Shown here in pieces: positions 46,174-54,487 of a DNA stretch of 64,000 bases; positions within the stretch are counted from its first letter, which is position 1; each line of letters starts with the position of its first letter. The translations under genes and the position numbers were made by a program. The stretch is taken from the NCBI GenBank assembly GCA_050250255.1, contig JBFWOZ010000012.1:2293-66292 (forward strand), read 5' to 3'. The DNA comes from Bdellovibrionales bacterium. GTDB lineage: Bacteria > Bdellovibrionota > Bdellovibrionia > Bdellovibrionales > DASUEL01. The notes beneath the pieces are model-generated. The model ran no database searches and was not told the DNA's origin. It was given only the letters and a program-made list of their open reading frames with translations.

Positions 46174-47292
46174 TTATGTGGCGAGCTCGGGCGGAATGTT
46201 CCCGCTTTGGATCGCTTGAGCGAGAATTTGATGCTCAGGATGACCAATGAGCTTCGAAGCCTCGGAGAAACTCAAAGGGTCTGGCTGAACGATACGGGTT
46301 TTCTTAAGTCTCATGACGCTTTGATAGCGATCGGCAATCAGATCGGAACTTAGAACTTTTGTTTTAACGGCTTTTTCTACCGCATCGAGTGCCATAGGTG
46401 GTTTATCGTGTTCGTTGCAATACAAGATAATATCTGCGCCTGCTTTGAGGGCCTGCACCGGAATAAATTCCGCCGGGTAGTATTTTGCCAAAGCTTTCAT
46501 GTCCAAATCATCGGTGATTACGAGCTGTCGGTAAGCGAGTTTCTCCCGTAAAATGTCCTTAAGGAACGTTTCACTGAGGGTAACGGGCCATTCAGGATCT
46601 ACTTTAGTGAATTTCATATGAGCGGTCATGATGAGATCAAGTTTCGCGCGAAACGCCTTTTTAAAAGGAACCATTTCCACATCTAAAAGGCGTGCTAAAT
46701 CGCTTTCCTCTTCGACGGGTAAATCCTCATGACTATCGATCACCGTGTTGCCATGGCCTGGAAAATGTTTTGCACAAGCAATAACGTTGGATTTTAAATA
46801 GCCGCGAACAATGGCAGAGCCGAGCTTCGCTACGTGCTCGGCGTCGGTTCCGAGAGAGCGATCTCCAATTAAAACGTTTTTTGGATTTGTGAGAATGTCT
46901 ACGCAAGGAGCAAAATCTAAATTAATGCCGACGGCTGCGAGCTCGCGTCCCATAGTCTCAGCAAATTTAAAACAAAGAGTCGTAGAGTCTAACTCGCCCA
47001 ACTTTCCAATGGGGGGCCACACGGTAAAGGGAGCCTTTAAGCGAGCGACTCTTCCGCCTTCCATGTCGATAGAAATAATAAAGGGAGCTTGCTCAGGAAG
47101 CTGCCTCCTTAGCGATTGAATTTCAGAGCAGAGTGCATGCACTTGTTGCGGACTTTCAATGTTACGAGAGAACAAAATCACGCCGCCGATGTTATTCTCG
47201 ATGAGAAATTTTTTTTCATCAGGCTCCAAAGATTTTCCCTTAAGACCCATGATCATGAGCTGACCAATTTGATGTTTTAATGAAAGGCTCAT
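46174..47292 (-). CDS. nagZ: Beta-N-acetylhexosaminidase (GH3)
   Basis: GGVILFSRN, DMEGGRV, KHFPGHG....DSH, MTAH, ITDDLDM; start placed at ATG 47292 (GGAG RBS). Confidence 0.93.
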   Translation of the reverse strand: MSLSLKHQIGQLMIMGLKGKSLEPDEKKFLIENNIGGVILFSRNIESPQQVHALCSEIQSLRRQLPEQAPFIISIDMEGGRVARLKAPFTVWPPIGKLGELDSTTLCFKFAETMGRELAAVGINLDFAPCVDILTNPKNVLIGDRSLGTDAEHVAKLGSAIVRGYLKSNVIACAKHFPGHGNTVIDSHEDLPVEEESDLARLLDVEMVPFKKAFRAKLDLIMTAHMKFTKVDPEWPVTLSETFLKDILREKLAYRQLVITDDLDMKALAKYYPAEFIPVQALKAGADIILYCNEHDKPPMALDAVEKAVKTKVLSSDLIADRYQSVMRLKKTRIVQPDPLSFSEASKLIGHPEHQILAQAIQSGNIPPELAT

Positions 47293-47302
47293 ACAGTCTC
47301 CG

Positions 47303-48136
47303 TTATTTCTTTTTTTGTGCACTAGGTATATTGCCAAATAAGTGAGTGATATTTTTTGTGTCGATCTTTACTTTGCCCGCGGCTTCCTCGGGTGTTTTGG
47401 CGGCTTCGGTGGCGATGCTAAGCAGAGGAGATTTGGTTCCTAAGATTTCTCCTTGAGGAGTAAGATAGCTAATGAATCTAATTTTCTTAAATTCGTTAAT
47501 TACCTTAAAGGCATCTTGACCGTTAAATTTTTCTTCTTCTTTTACGAAGGCCGTTCCTTCAGAAACAGTCGCATCTTCCTCGGCAACTGCATTGTAAGTG
47601 TAGTTGTTGCCAGTTTTTAAGCCTTCTTTGGATTGCAAAATGATGTAGGTCAAAAAACTCGAGAGAAATGTATTTTCAGGTAAGATCTGATCCACCTTGC
47701 TCGTTTTCCCATTTTCGGTGATAGAAGCAACCATGCGTAGAGTTTTCTTTTTGTCTTTTGATTTTTTTCCGCCACCCTTTTCTTCTTTAAAAGCGGCATC
47801 GATGATCTTCACTTTTTTTCCAACAGAAGAAGTGTATTGATACTTCACAGGAAGAATCCATTGGTTGGGTTTGGTGATTTGTAAGGATTCAGCCTTCAGC
47901 GCTTCGGTGACATCATTTCCCATCGCATTGGATTTCAAAAAAGAAGTTTGAATGAACTTTTTTGTCTTCGAATCGAGCTCATAGCGAATGATGTAGTAGC
48001 CAACATGCTGGCCGGCAGAGAGGACTTTATGCCAGCCTTCATACACAACGTCTGCGCTGACTGTTTGCGGAAGGAAGAAAGCTAGACTAATGAAAAGGCT
48101 GAGTATATGGCCTAATGTCGAGTTACGCATAAGCAA
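47303..48136 (-). CDS. Exported hypothetical protein
   Basis: Signal peptide; beta-rich, Lys-rich mature part; immediately upstream of nagZ on the same strand. Confidence 0.65.
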   Translation of the reverse strand: MLMRNSTLGHILSLFISLAFFLPQTVSADVVYEGWHKVLSAGQHVGYYIIRYELDSKTKKFIQTSFLKSNAMGNDVTEALKAESLQITKPNQWILPVKYQYTSSVGKKVKIIDAAFKEEKGGGKKSKDKKKTLRMVASITENGKTSKVDQILPENTFLSSFLTYIILQSKEGLKTGNNYTYNAVAEEDATVSEGTAFVKEEEKFNGQDAFKVINEFKKIRFISYLTPQGEILGTKSPLLSIATEAAKTPEEAAGKVKIDTKNITHLFGNIPSAQKKK

Positions 48137-48248
48137 TCCTTTGCTAATTAAGGGCGTGTTCCAGATAAAAATCTTAACGAGCTAATTCTCCTCTGTCTAC
48201 GAGAATACTGTACTCCTTTTTGTGAAGGATTCTCAGTAAAATAAACGA

Positions 48249-50261
48249 GTGGACAACCCTGATTTTGCATCTCGAAAACCCTCGACCATCCTTGCCAATT
48301 CGCGTGGTCAAATGGCCGTTTTTGTTGCGCTCATTTTTCAAGTGCTCTTTGTTTTCTTTGCGATGGTGATAAACGTCGGACTTTTGGTTCACGATAAAAT
48401 CAATTTACAAAACTCCGTAGATCTCGCCGCAATTTATGCTGCTCAACGGCAAGCAGAAATTCTCAACACTATTGCACATTCGAATTATCAGATTCACCAA
48501 AGTTGGAAATTACTCGCATGGCGAATCCGTATTCTCGGCGATGTAGGACGGCTGAGTCATCCATCGAATAACCCCAGCAACCCAGGCCCCTACACTGACG
48601 ATATTGATGCAACAACTCTTTCTATGCCTCCGCTAGTTTGTGTCGACAATGGTTTGTGGCTTGGCACGAATCAAAATAGTTGCGAAAAGGCACTTCTCAC
48701 GACTCCTGCCATCCCTACACTTCAGATTGCTCCGGGCTTTACGTTACCGTGGGTAAACACCACCGCTCAGTATACTGCTCAAGCTCAGCAACAATACGGT
48801 AGAGATTGTGAGGAATTGGGAACTACAAATTGGGTAATGGCAGCAAAGTGGTTGGCCGCTTACAAACTTGATATCGCAAACCGAAAAGAAATTATTCGCA
48901 ACTTAGGGACAAATTTAACTTTACCGCCGGTTCCACAACCTGGTGGATTCAAAGAACTCTCGGGTGGTTATTGGATTGAGGGAATTGAAAAAACTCTGCG
49001 TGCGAACCTTACTCGTGCCAATCGCAACGGCCTCGACCCACAAAAAATTCAGGTTTTCAATTCTCTACAGGGAGTTCCGATGGAGCAGTGGCTTCCGGAA
49101 ATTTTTGTATTTCCTCTCGTTTACTATACGGATTCCTATTTAGATGCTCAGAGGAGATGCCAATTTATACCAGAAATTCTTAATCTTGATGGTGGGGGAC
49201 GGTTACCCCGCAAATTTATAGCGAGTGTCGATCCGTTGAAAACATTAGAAGGTGCCCTTTACGAATCCACGGACCCGAATGATCTTATCAAGTCGATTTG
49301 GGGCTATGAAAAAAATCCGTGGTATCTTGTTTACGCTGGTCTTAAAGTAGAGACCGAGCCCATTCATCCTTTTGCTCCTTTTGGAAAAGGTGTAAAGCTT
49401 ACGGCGAGATCTTTTGCACAACCTTTTGGCGGACGGATTGGACCGTGGCATAAATCTCAGTGGAATGCTGGTGAGATAAATTCTTCAGGAAACAAAGTTG
49501 ATGGTTTGGCGCCTGATCGCTATGACGGAACGGGACTGAGTGCAGATTTTAGAGTGAATGTACCCAATTTCTCTCGTTACCCCGGCGATCCGTTGGGCTT
49601 AACAGCGCAAAATACGTTGGCAGAGCTGAGACCGTTTGTACAGCAAGGGAAAAAAGTAAGTTTTGAAGATTATAATTTAATACCTGGTGATCTTTTTGAC
49701 CCACAAGGTGATGTCTTAGCTCGAAATCCCCAAAACCCCGCTCCGGATATTCGTTTTTACGAAATGTCTGGCCTGTCTCCAGATTTTTTCGATGCTATTT
49801 ACTATTCGATCGATCCGAATTTTTATCTCAACTACCTCCAGCTCGCATTCAATCAATATTTTGGAGCAAGCTTTGCTTTAAGACCGGATTTAGGATTCGC
49901 TTGGGACGGAATCAAAACTTTTGCGGTAAGAGATCAAGTCTCCGCAATGCTTGTGACGGATGGACCTAATCAAGCAACATATCGAGTGAGAACCGCTCCA
50001 GATCAATTTCTAACGGCCTGGGCTCAGCCCGCAACTATGGATTACAGTTTTCCCGATACTCTTTTTGGTCAATGTGAGCAACCGGTAGATGCGAATTATG
50101 AAAATAAAGGTATATCAATTCCTGGCAGTTGCATTCGCGGTGGCAGGAACGGCTACTCGGTCAAAACTATTTCCCGTGATTACTTAAACCAATCAAGCTT
50201 GGAGCTAGGTGGAAAAGGTATAAAGGGCGGAATCGCCAATCGACCTCCATCCAATTTTTAA
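48249..50261 (+). CDS. TadG/TadE-like pilus-associated protein
   Basis: N-terminal RGQMAVFVALIF...INVGLLVHDKINLQNSVDLAAIYAA (Tad N-terminal pattern), then a large Cys-containing extracytoplasmic domain. Confidence 0.75.
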   Translation: MDNPDFASRKPSTILANSRGQMAVFVALIFQVLFVFFAMVINVGLLVHDKINLQNSVDLAAIYAAQRQAEILNTIAHSNYQIHQSWKLLAWRIRILGDVGRLSHPSNNPSNPGPYTDDIDATTLSMPPLVCVDNGLWLGTNQNSCEKALLTTPAIPTLQIAPGFTLPWVNTTAQYTAQAQQQYGRDCEELGTTNWVMAAKWLAAYKLDIANRKEIIRNLGTNLTLPPVPQPGGFKELSGGYWIEGIEKTLRANLTRANRNGLDPQKIQVFNSLQGVPMEQWLPEIFVFPLVYYTDSYLDAQRRCQFIPEILNLDGGGRLPRKFIASVDPLKTLEGALYESTDPNDLIKSIWGYEKNPWYLVYAGLKVETEPIHPFAPFGKGVKLTARSFAQPFGGRIGPWHKSQWNAGEINSSGNKVDGLAPDRYDGTGLSADFRVNVPNFSRYPGDPLGLTAQNTLAELRPFVQQGKKVSFEDYNLIPGDLFDPQGDVLARNPQNPAPDIRFYEMSGLSPDFFDAIYYSIDPNFYLNYLQLAFNQYFGASFALRPDLGFAWDGIKTFAVRDQVSAMLVTDGPNQATYRVRTAPDQFLTAWAQPATMDYSFPDTLFGQCEQPVDANYENKGISIPGSCIRGGRNGYSVKTISRDYLNQSSLELGGKGIKGGIANRPPSNF

Positions 50262-51449
50262 ATGAAAATTATTTTTGCACTTCTCTTTATTTCACAGTCT
50301 GTGTTTGCCTCGGGTGTTGACCTACATTCGCATCTTTTTATGGAAGAGGGGATTCCGCAATGGCTTTATAAAGGCTGCTTTCAATGTCCACTCAAGGCCA
50401 CCAGTGCAAAAGATTTATTCTCTTCAAAAATTAATCGTGATGAGCTTTTAAAATCCGATCTCGACATCATGGTGGCTTCGCTCTACGCACACGCTCTGGG
50501 AAGATATCAAAAAAGAGAAGCGATTCGACATCAGATTCGACTTGCAAAGGATTTTGTCAACGAGTGGCCGCAGTGGGTGCTCGCGACCGATGCCCAGCAG
50601 GCGACACGCGCGCTTGCACAAAGGAAAAAAGTTTTGATTTTATCTCTCGAAGGAGCAGAGGGTGTTCTTGAGACCGAGGCCGATTTTGATGAGTTTGTTG
50701 CCTACGGTCCGTTAAGAATCGTCACGCCTATTCATCTCTCCGACGATGAAGTTGGTGGGGCAGCCCTTTTGCAGCATATCTTCGGCATCATTAATCCTCT
50801 GGCTTTTTTCAAATCGTTTGTGAACGGAAGAAAAGTAGAAAACGTTCGAGTGAATAACAAGGGTCTCACGCCTAAGGGACGCTGGGTGATCCAAAGACTT
50901 TTAGATTACCGAGTCTGGATTGATCTCACTCATGCCTCGGATATGTCCCAAATGGAAATGATCTCGATGATGAAAAAAGCAAAACAACCACTTCTCTACA
51001 CGCACACAGTGCTAAGAGAATTTCACGGCGCGGAACGTGGCTTAGCACAATGGCAAATCGAAGAGTTAAAAGCCACAGGCGGAATGGTGGGCATTCTTCC
51101 GAGTCCAAACTATTTGCACCGAGCAGAATCCTCCCAAGTTAAAAAATGTGAAAACTGTGATTCCAGCTGCACGACAGGCTTTTACAGTTTTGTTGTGCAC
51201 TATCAAAAGTTAGCTCGCGAGCTAGGTCAAGATGCGGTGACCGCGGGCACGGACTTCAATGCGCCTCTGCCACATCTCGTGCCCCAATGCGGTTTTCGAG
51301 AGGGGGTGGGTCGAGAAGGTTTCTGGAAAGCGTCTCAATATAAGAATTTGTGGGAGAGTTTCCCTCTTTTTGAGCAACCTGTACCGCGTGCGGATCTCAC
51401 AACCCAAAAATTTTTGAAACTTTGGTCTCAGGTTCAATCCCCACGCTGA
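50262..51449 (+). CDS. Secreted membrane-dipeptidase-like (M19) amidohydrolase
   Basis: Signal peptide, DLHSH, LSLEGAE, GLTPKG, IDLTH, YTH, GGMVG, GTDFN. Confidence 0.85.
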   Translation: MKIIFALLFISQSVFASGVDLHSHLFMEEGIPQWLYKGCFQCPLKATSAKDLFSSKINRDELLKSDLDIMVASLYAHALGRYQKREAIRHQIRLAKDFVNEWPQWVLATDAQQATRALAQRKKVLILSLEGAEGVLETEADFDEFVAYGPLRIVTPIHLSDDEVGGAALLQHIFGIINPLAFFKSFVNGRKVENVRVNNKGLTPKGRWVIQRLLDYRVWIDLTHASDMSQMEMISMMKKAKQPLLYTHTVLREFHGAERGLAQWQIEELKATGGMVGILPSPNYLHRAESSQVKKCENCDSSCTTGFYSFVVHYQKLARELGQDAVTAGTDFNAPLPHLVPQCGFREGVGREGFWKASQYKNLWESFPLFEQPVPRADLTTQKFLKLWSQVQSPR

Positions 51450-51473
51450 GTTTTCTTCTGATTTCTCCGATAA
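51446..51473 (+). promoter_or_regulatory. Putative sigma28 promoter
   Basis: CTGAGTTT-N12-TCCGATAA, the same architecture as 8813-8840. Confidence 0.5.
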
Positions 51474-51503
51474 ATGAGATGTAGGAATGTCACCTTCAAG
51501 GAT

Positions 51504-51520
51504 GTCTCACTTTGAGAATC
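51504..51520 (+). promoter_or_regulatory. Palindromic site GTCTCA-CTT-TGAGAATC (candidate enhancer)
   Basis: 16/17 identical to the minus-strand site at 12162-12178; centre about 100 bp upstream of a sigma54 -24 GG. Confidence 0.55.
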
Positions 51521-51609
51521 GCAAGGTGTCGATTTCTTGAGTTGAAGTTAGAAAACTCACTCTGGGTAGCGATTCAGTTGAGAGGCGAAAGAGGAATAGA
51601 TTCTCTTAG

Positions 51610-51626
51610 TGGCGCTCAAATTGCTT
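51610..51626 (+). promoter_or_regulatory. Putative sigma54 promoter
   Basis: TGGCGCTCAAATTGCTT, exact GG-N10-GC spacing, about 28 nt before GTG 51654. Confidence 0.65.
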
Positions 51627-51653
51627 CTTAGTAGAGCGGGGACAGGGGGAAAT

Positions 51654-53384
51654 GTGTCGCTGACAATCCAAAAATTGAATAAAAAAACTCTCACCGCTTT
51701 GGTGGTTTTGAGTGCGCTCCTCACCCTCGCTCCTCTTATCTCCCATGCGGGCATTTATGAGGACCACCGTACTTGTTTGAGCCGATATGACCAAGATGCA
51801 TGTGATTCTGTTTACGATAATTGCATGAAACTTGGAGATCAAAACGCCTGCAATCAGCTTCAGCAAATGGCTGGTTCGGCACGAGCGCCTTCAGGACAGC
51901 AGCAATCAGATGGAGGCAGCTCCTCATCGAGCAATGAACCCGTATGTGATGATGGAGATCAAGACCCAAGATGTTTTTCTAATCGCACGGCCCTAGACAT
52001 CCAGCTTACCGATTGCCAACAGAAAGGCTGGCCTGATTGCCAAAGATATTATGATAGCTGTAAATCTGGATCGGGTGGATGTGAGGCTTTGAGTAGTCGA
52101 TCACGAATCGCGAACACCGGACCGTCTGCAAATCAAAATTCGACGCCCCCTGTATGTGATGATGGAGATCAAGATCCGCAATGTCAGACAAATAATGCAC
52201 AAGCGGACCAAGCAAAGACTGCGGCAGCAGTAGCAGCTCAGTGTAACGGAAAAGTAAAAAATGCGGGGAGAGCTTGTGAGCCGCCAGCAGAATTAGGTCA
52301 ATTGATCCAAACGATTGCGTCGGGATTTCAGTCCAACAATATCAAAGATGCATGTAAAAACGTTGAGAAACTTTCGAAAATGAGTGCGGCGGCGAGTACA
52401 GCTTTTTCGACAATCTGTTTGTCGGCGGCGAGTTCTTGTGTGAGCACATGTACTGCTGCGGGTACTTATTATCAAGCTCAAGTCGAAACTTGTAAAGAGT
52501 ATCGCGGGCGATCTTATGAAGGTTTTATTTCTGCTGGCCTCAATCTTTATCAGGCAAGGCAGAGTCGTGAGTGTGCCGACGCGTTAGCGAGCGAAAACAA
52601 CGAGTGCAGTACTCCTGCGCAAATCGCGAGCAATCAAACTTGTCCGGGTTATTGTAGCGCTCCCGCCAACTATTTGAATAAAGAAAATCCATGTTACTTT
52701 TGTAACCTTGCTGAATATGCTTCAACACCTTCTTGTAAATGTCAGAAGCCAGAAAATAAAAATTTAACGGAATGTAAGGGTCCAGTAGCGACTCTTCCTC
52801 CAAATTTTGTCCCACCAACAATGCCAACTCTTCCCACAACAACTCCTACAGCTGCGACGCCAACGTCGTTGCCAACGGGGACATTAAATACCGGAAGACT
52901 TTCAGAACCTGAAGATGATGATGATGAAGCCATGGGTAATGGTTACGTTCCCGGAGAAGCCGGAGCTCCGAAGGCTGTCACTCCGATGGGTAGTGGTGGT
53001 GGAACGGGAGGCGGTGCAGCTGGGCTCTTGGGCGGCGGAAGTTCTCTTGGTGGTATGGGTGGTGGCGGCTCAGGCACCGGCCCTTACAATACCGACATTG
53101 AAAAAGGAATGGTCAACGCTGGCGGTGGTGGCGGTGGATACGGTGGCGGTGGCGGCTACGGCGGTGGCGGGAACATGGGTGCGGGTGGCGGTGGATACGG
53201 CGGAAAAGATGATCCTAAGATTGATTGGAAGTCATTTCTACCTGGCGGAAAAAATGCGGGTCGTGCACCAGCGGGCATATCACCGCAACTTTTTAATAAC
53301 GGAATTACGGCCGCAAACGGTTTAACAAATTTTGAAAAAGTGAATCGTAAAATGAAAGAGAAAAGGGAGTACTTGGTTCCATGA
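51654..53384 (+). CDS. Secreted Cys-rich protein with Pro/Thr and Gly-rich C-terminal region
   Basis: AGGGGG RBS then GTG 51654; signal peptide ending SHA; dense Cys-rich region, PT-rich stretch, GGGGY repeats, C-terminal GITAANGLTNFEKVNRK. Confidence 0.75.
   Translation: MSLTIQKLNKKTLTALVVLSALLTLAPLISHAGIYEDHRTCLSRYDQDACDSVYDNCMKLGDQNACNQLQQMAGSARAPSGQQQSDGGSSSSSNEPVCDDGDQDPRCFSNRTALDIQLTDCQQKGWPDCQRYYDSCKSGSGGCEALSSRSRIANTGPSANQNSTPPVCDDGDQDPQCQTNNAQADQAKTAAAVAAQCNGKVKNAGRACEPPAELGQLIQTIASGFQSNNIKDACKNVEKLSKMSAAASTAFSTICLSAASSCVSTCTAAGTYYQAQVETCKEYRGRSYEGFISAGLNLYQARQSRECADALASENNECSTPAQIASNQTCPGYCSAPANYLNKENPCYFCNLAEYASTPSCKCQKPENKNLTECKGPVATLPPNFVPPTMPTLPTTTPTAATPTSLPTGTLNTGRLSEPEDDDDEAMGNGYVPGEAGAPKAVTPMGSGGGTGGGAAGLLGGGSSLGGMGGGGSGTGPYNTDIEKGMVNAGGGGGGYGGGGGYGGGGNMGAGGGGYGGKDDPKIDWKSFLPGGKNAGRAPAGISPQLFNNGITAANGLTNFEKVNRKMKEKREYLVP
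51942..52174 (+). repeat. Intragenic direct repeat: 23-bp identical copies 210 bp apart, encoding VCDDGDQD
   Basis: GTATGTGATGATGGAGATCAAGA at 51942-51964 and 52152-52174. Confidence 0.9.
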
Positions 53385-54397
53385 GAATAAATATTTTCCT
53401 ATTTTTCTGTGTATCCTTTTTAGGGTCCATGGCGAACGCTCAAGGACAAAACTGGATGGCCAACAATATCTCCAAGGGTTTGAGTGGATCAACTCGGAAT
53501 GCGACTGTTCAATTTGGTAAAGATATTCCTCTAAATCAAACGAGCGAAAGAACTTTAGAGAGTGCTTGTAGCTCTGGTTGGTCATGCGTTTTGCTTGCTG
53601 CCCAATATGTTCAAACGGGGATGTCAGTTTATTCTCTTTTAAAAAGTGAGGATGCTTCGAACGCAGCCACTTGCCGAGGACTGTCTTGCACCAACCCTAA
53701 CGGTAGTAGCGGCGTGAATACCAACCCTTATGTTGGTGCTCCTGGGGCAAGTCCGACAGGCCCCACAGGTTCCGCTACACCGACGACATATACACCATCG
53801 ACAAAGGTGTCCAGTGTACCACTTTTTAAAATGCCAACGTCGGGTCAATTGGGTCCGAAAGAAATCCAGCAATTAAAAGCGATTGCCGCCAACTCGCAAG
53901 CGCGACTACAAAATCTTATGAATAAAGGTTTCAATTACGATCCAGCTACGGGTATGGCAACAACTCCGCAAGGAACTGCCCCCTTAAGTTCACTTACCAC
54001 TGTCGAGGGTTTGAAAAAAGTAGGTGCGTCTGAGGCAGAAATCTCCAGCATACAAAGCGCTCTCGCTTCCATAGCACAAACGAACAAAAAAATGAGTGCT
54101 GAAGCTGCAAAAATGTTAGTGAAAGCCTCCCCCAATTTCGGAGCAGAAGAAGGTAGCGATGGTGGCTTCGGTGTGGGCGGTGGCAAACCAGATTTAGAAA
54201 ATGGTTTTGACGTTTATTTAGCCTCTCTACAAAATTCTATGCGCGGTCCCTCTTCGAAAACCAGTCTTCAAGGTCTTTCGGTGATGGTGCGCGGTGAGCC
54301 CGTAGGAATTGCAGGCGGAAATATTTTCGAGACGATCAACACTCGTTATGATCTTCTTCGTCAACAAGGTGTTGTCGGCGAAATCGCGAAGCCCTAA
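53381..54397 (+). CDS. Secreted low-complexity protein, partner of the upstream gene
   Basis: ATGA overlap with the upstream stop; signal peptide; Cys pairs, P/T/G-rich linkers; C-terminal GIAGGNIFETINTRY. Confidence 0.75.
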   Translation: MRINIFLFFCVSFLGSMANAQGQNWMANNISKGLSGSTRNATVQFGKDIPLNQTSERTLESACSSGWSCVLLAAQYVQTGMSVYSLLKSEDASNAATCRGLSCTNPNGSSGVNTNPYVGAPGASPTGPTGSATPTTYTPSTKVSSVPLFKMPTSGQLGPKEIQQLKAIAANSQARLQNLMNKGFNYDPATGMATTPQGTAPLSSLTTVEGLKKVGASEAEISSIQSALASIAQTNKKMSAEAAKMLVKASPNFGAEEGSDGGFGVGGGKPDLENGFDVYLASLQNSMRGPSSKTSLQGLSVMVRGEPVGIAGGNIFETINTRYDLLRQQGVVGEIAKP

Positions 54398-54487
54398 TCC
54401 ACTCAAAACTTTTCTTTACATGAAAATCTTTTGTGCTAAGAATAATGTAAGCAGATCTCATCTGCCGAAGGAGTATTGAAACAAGAA

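Noticed and set aside
46028-46247. Short ORFs over the btuB leader
   Set aside because: They overlap the cobalamin riboswitch and the nagZ 3' end and have no RBS or protein-like features.
51609-51653. ORF-track start at GTG 51609
   Set aside because: It overlaps the sigma54 box; GTG 51654 has an RBS and gives a normal signal peptide.
53120-53205. GGCGGT-rich repeats as a possible CRISPR array or DNA-level repeat element
   Set aside because: They encode GGGGY-type glycine repeats in frame; there is no constant repeat with unique spacers and no cas gene.
39416-54465. Two hairpins both starting GCAGATCTC and ending ATCTGC (39416 and 54451) as a REP-like family
   Set aside because: Only two short copies with different lengths and interiors; compatible with chance.
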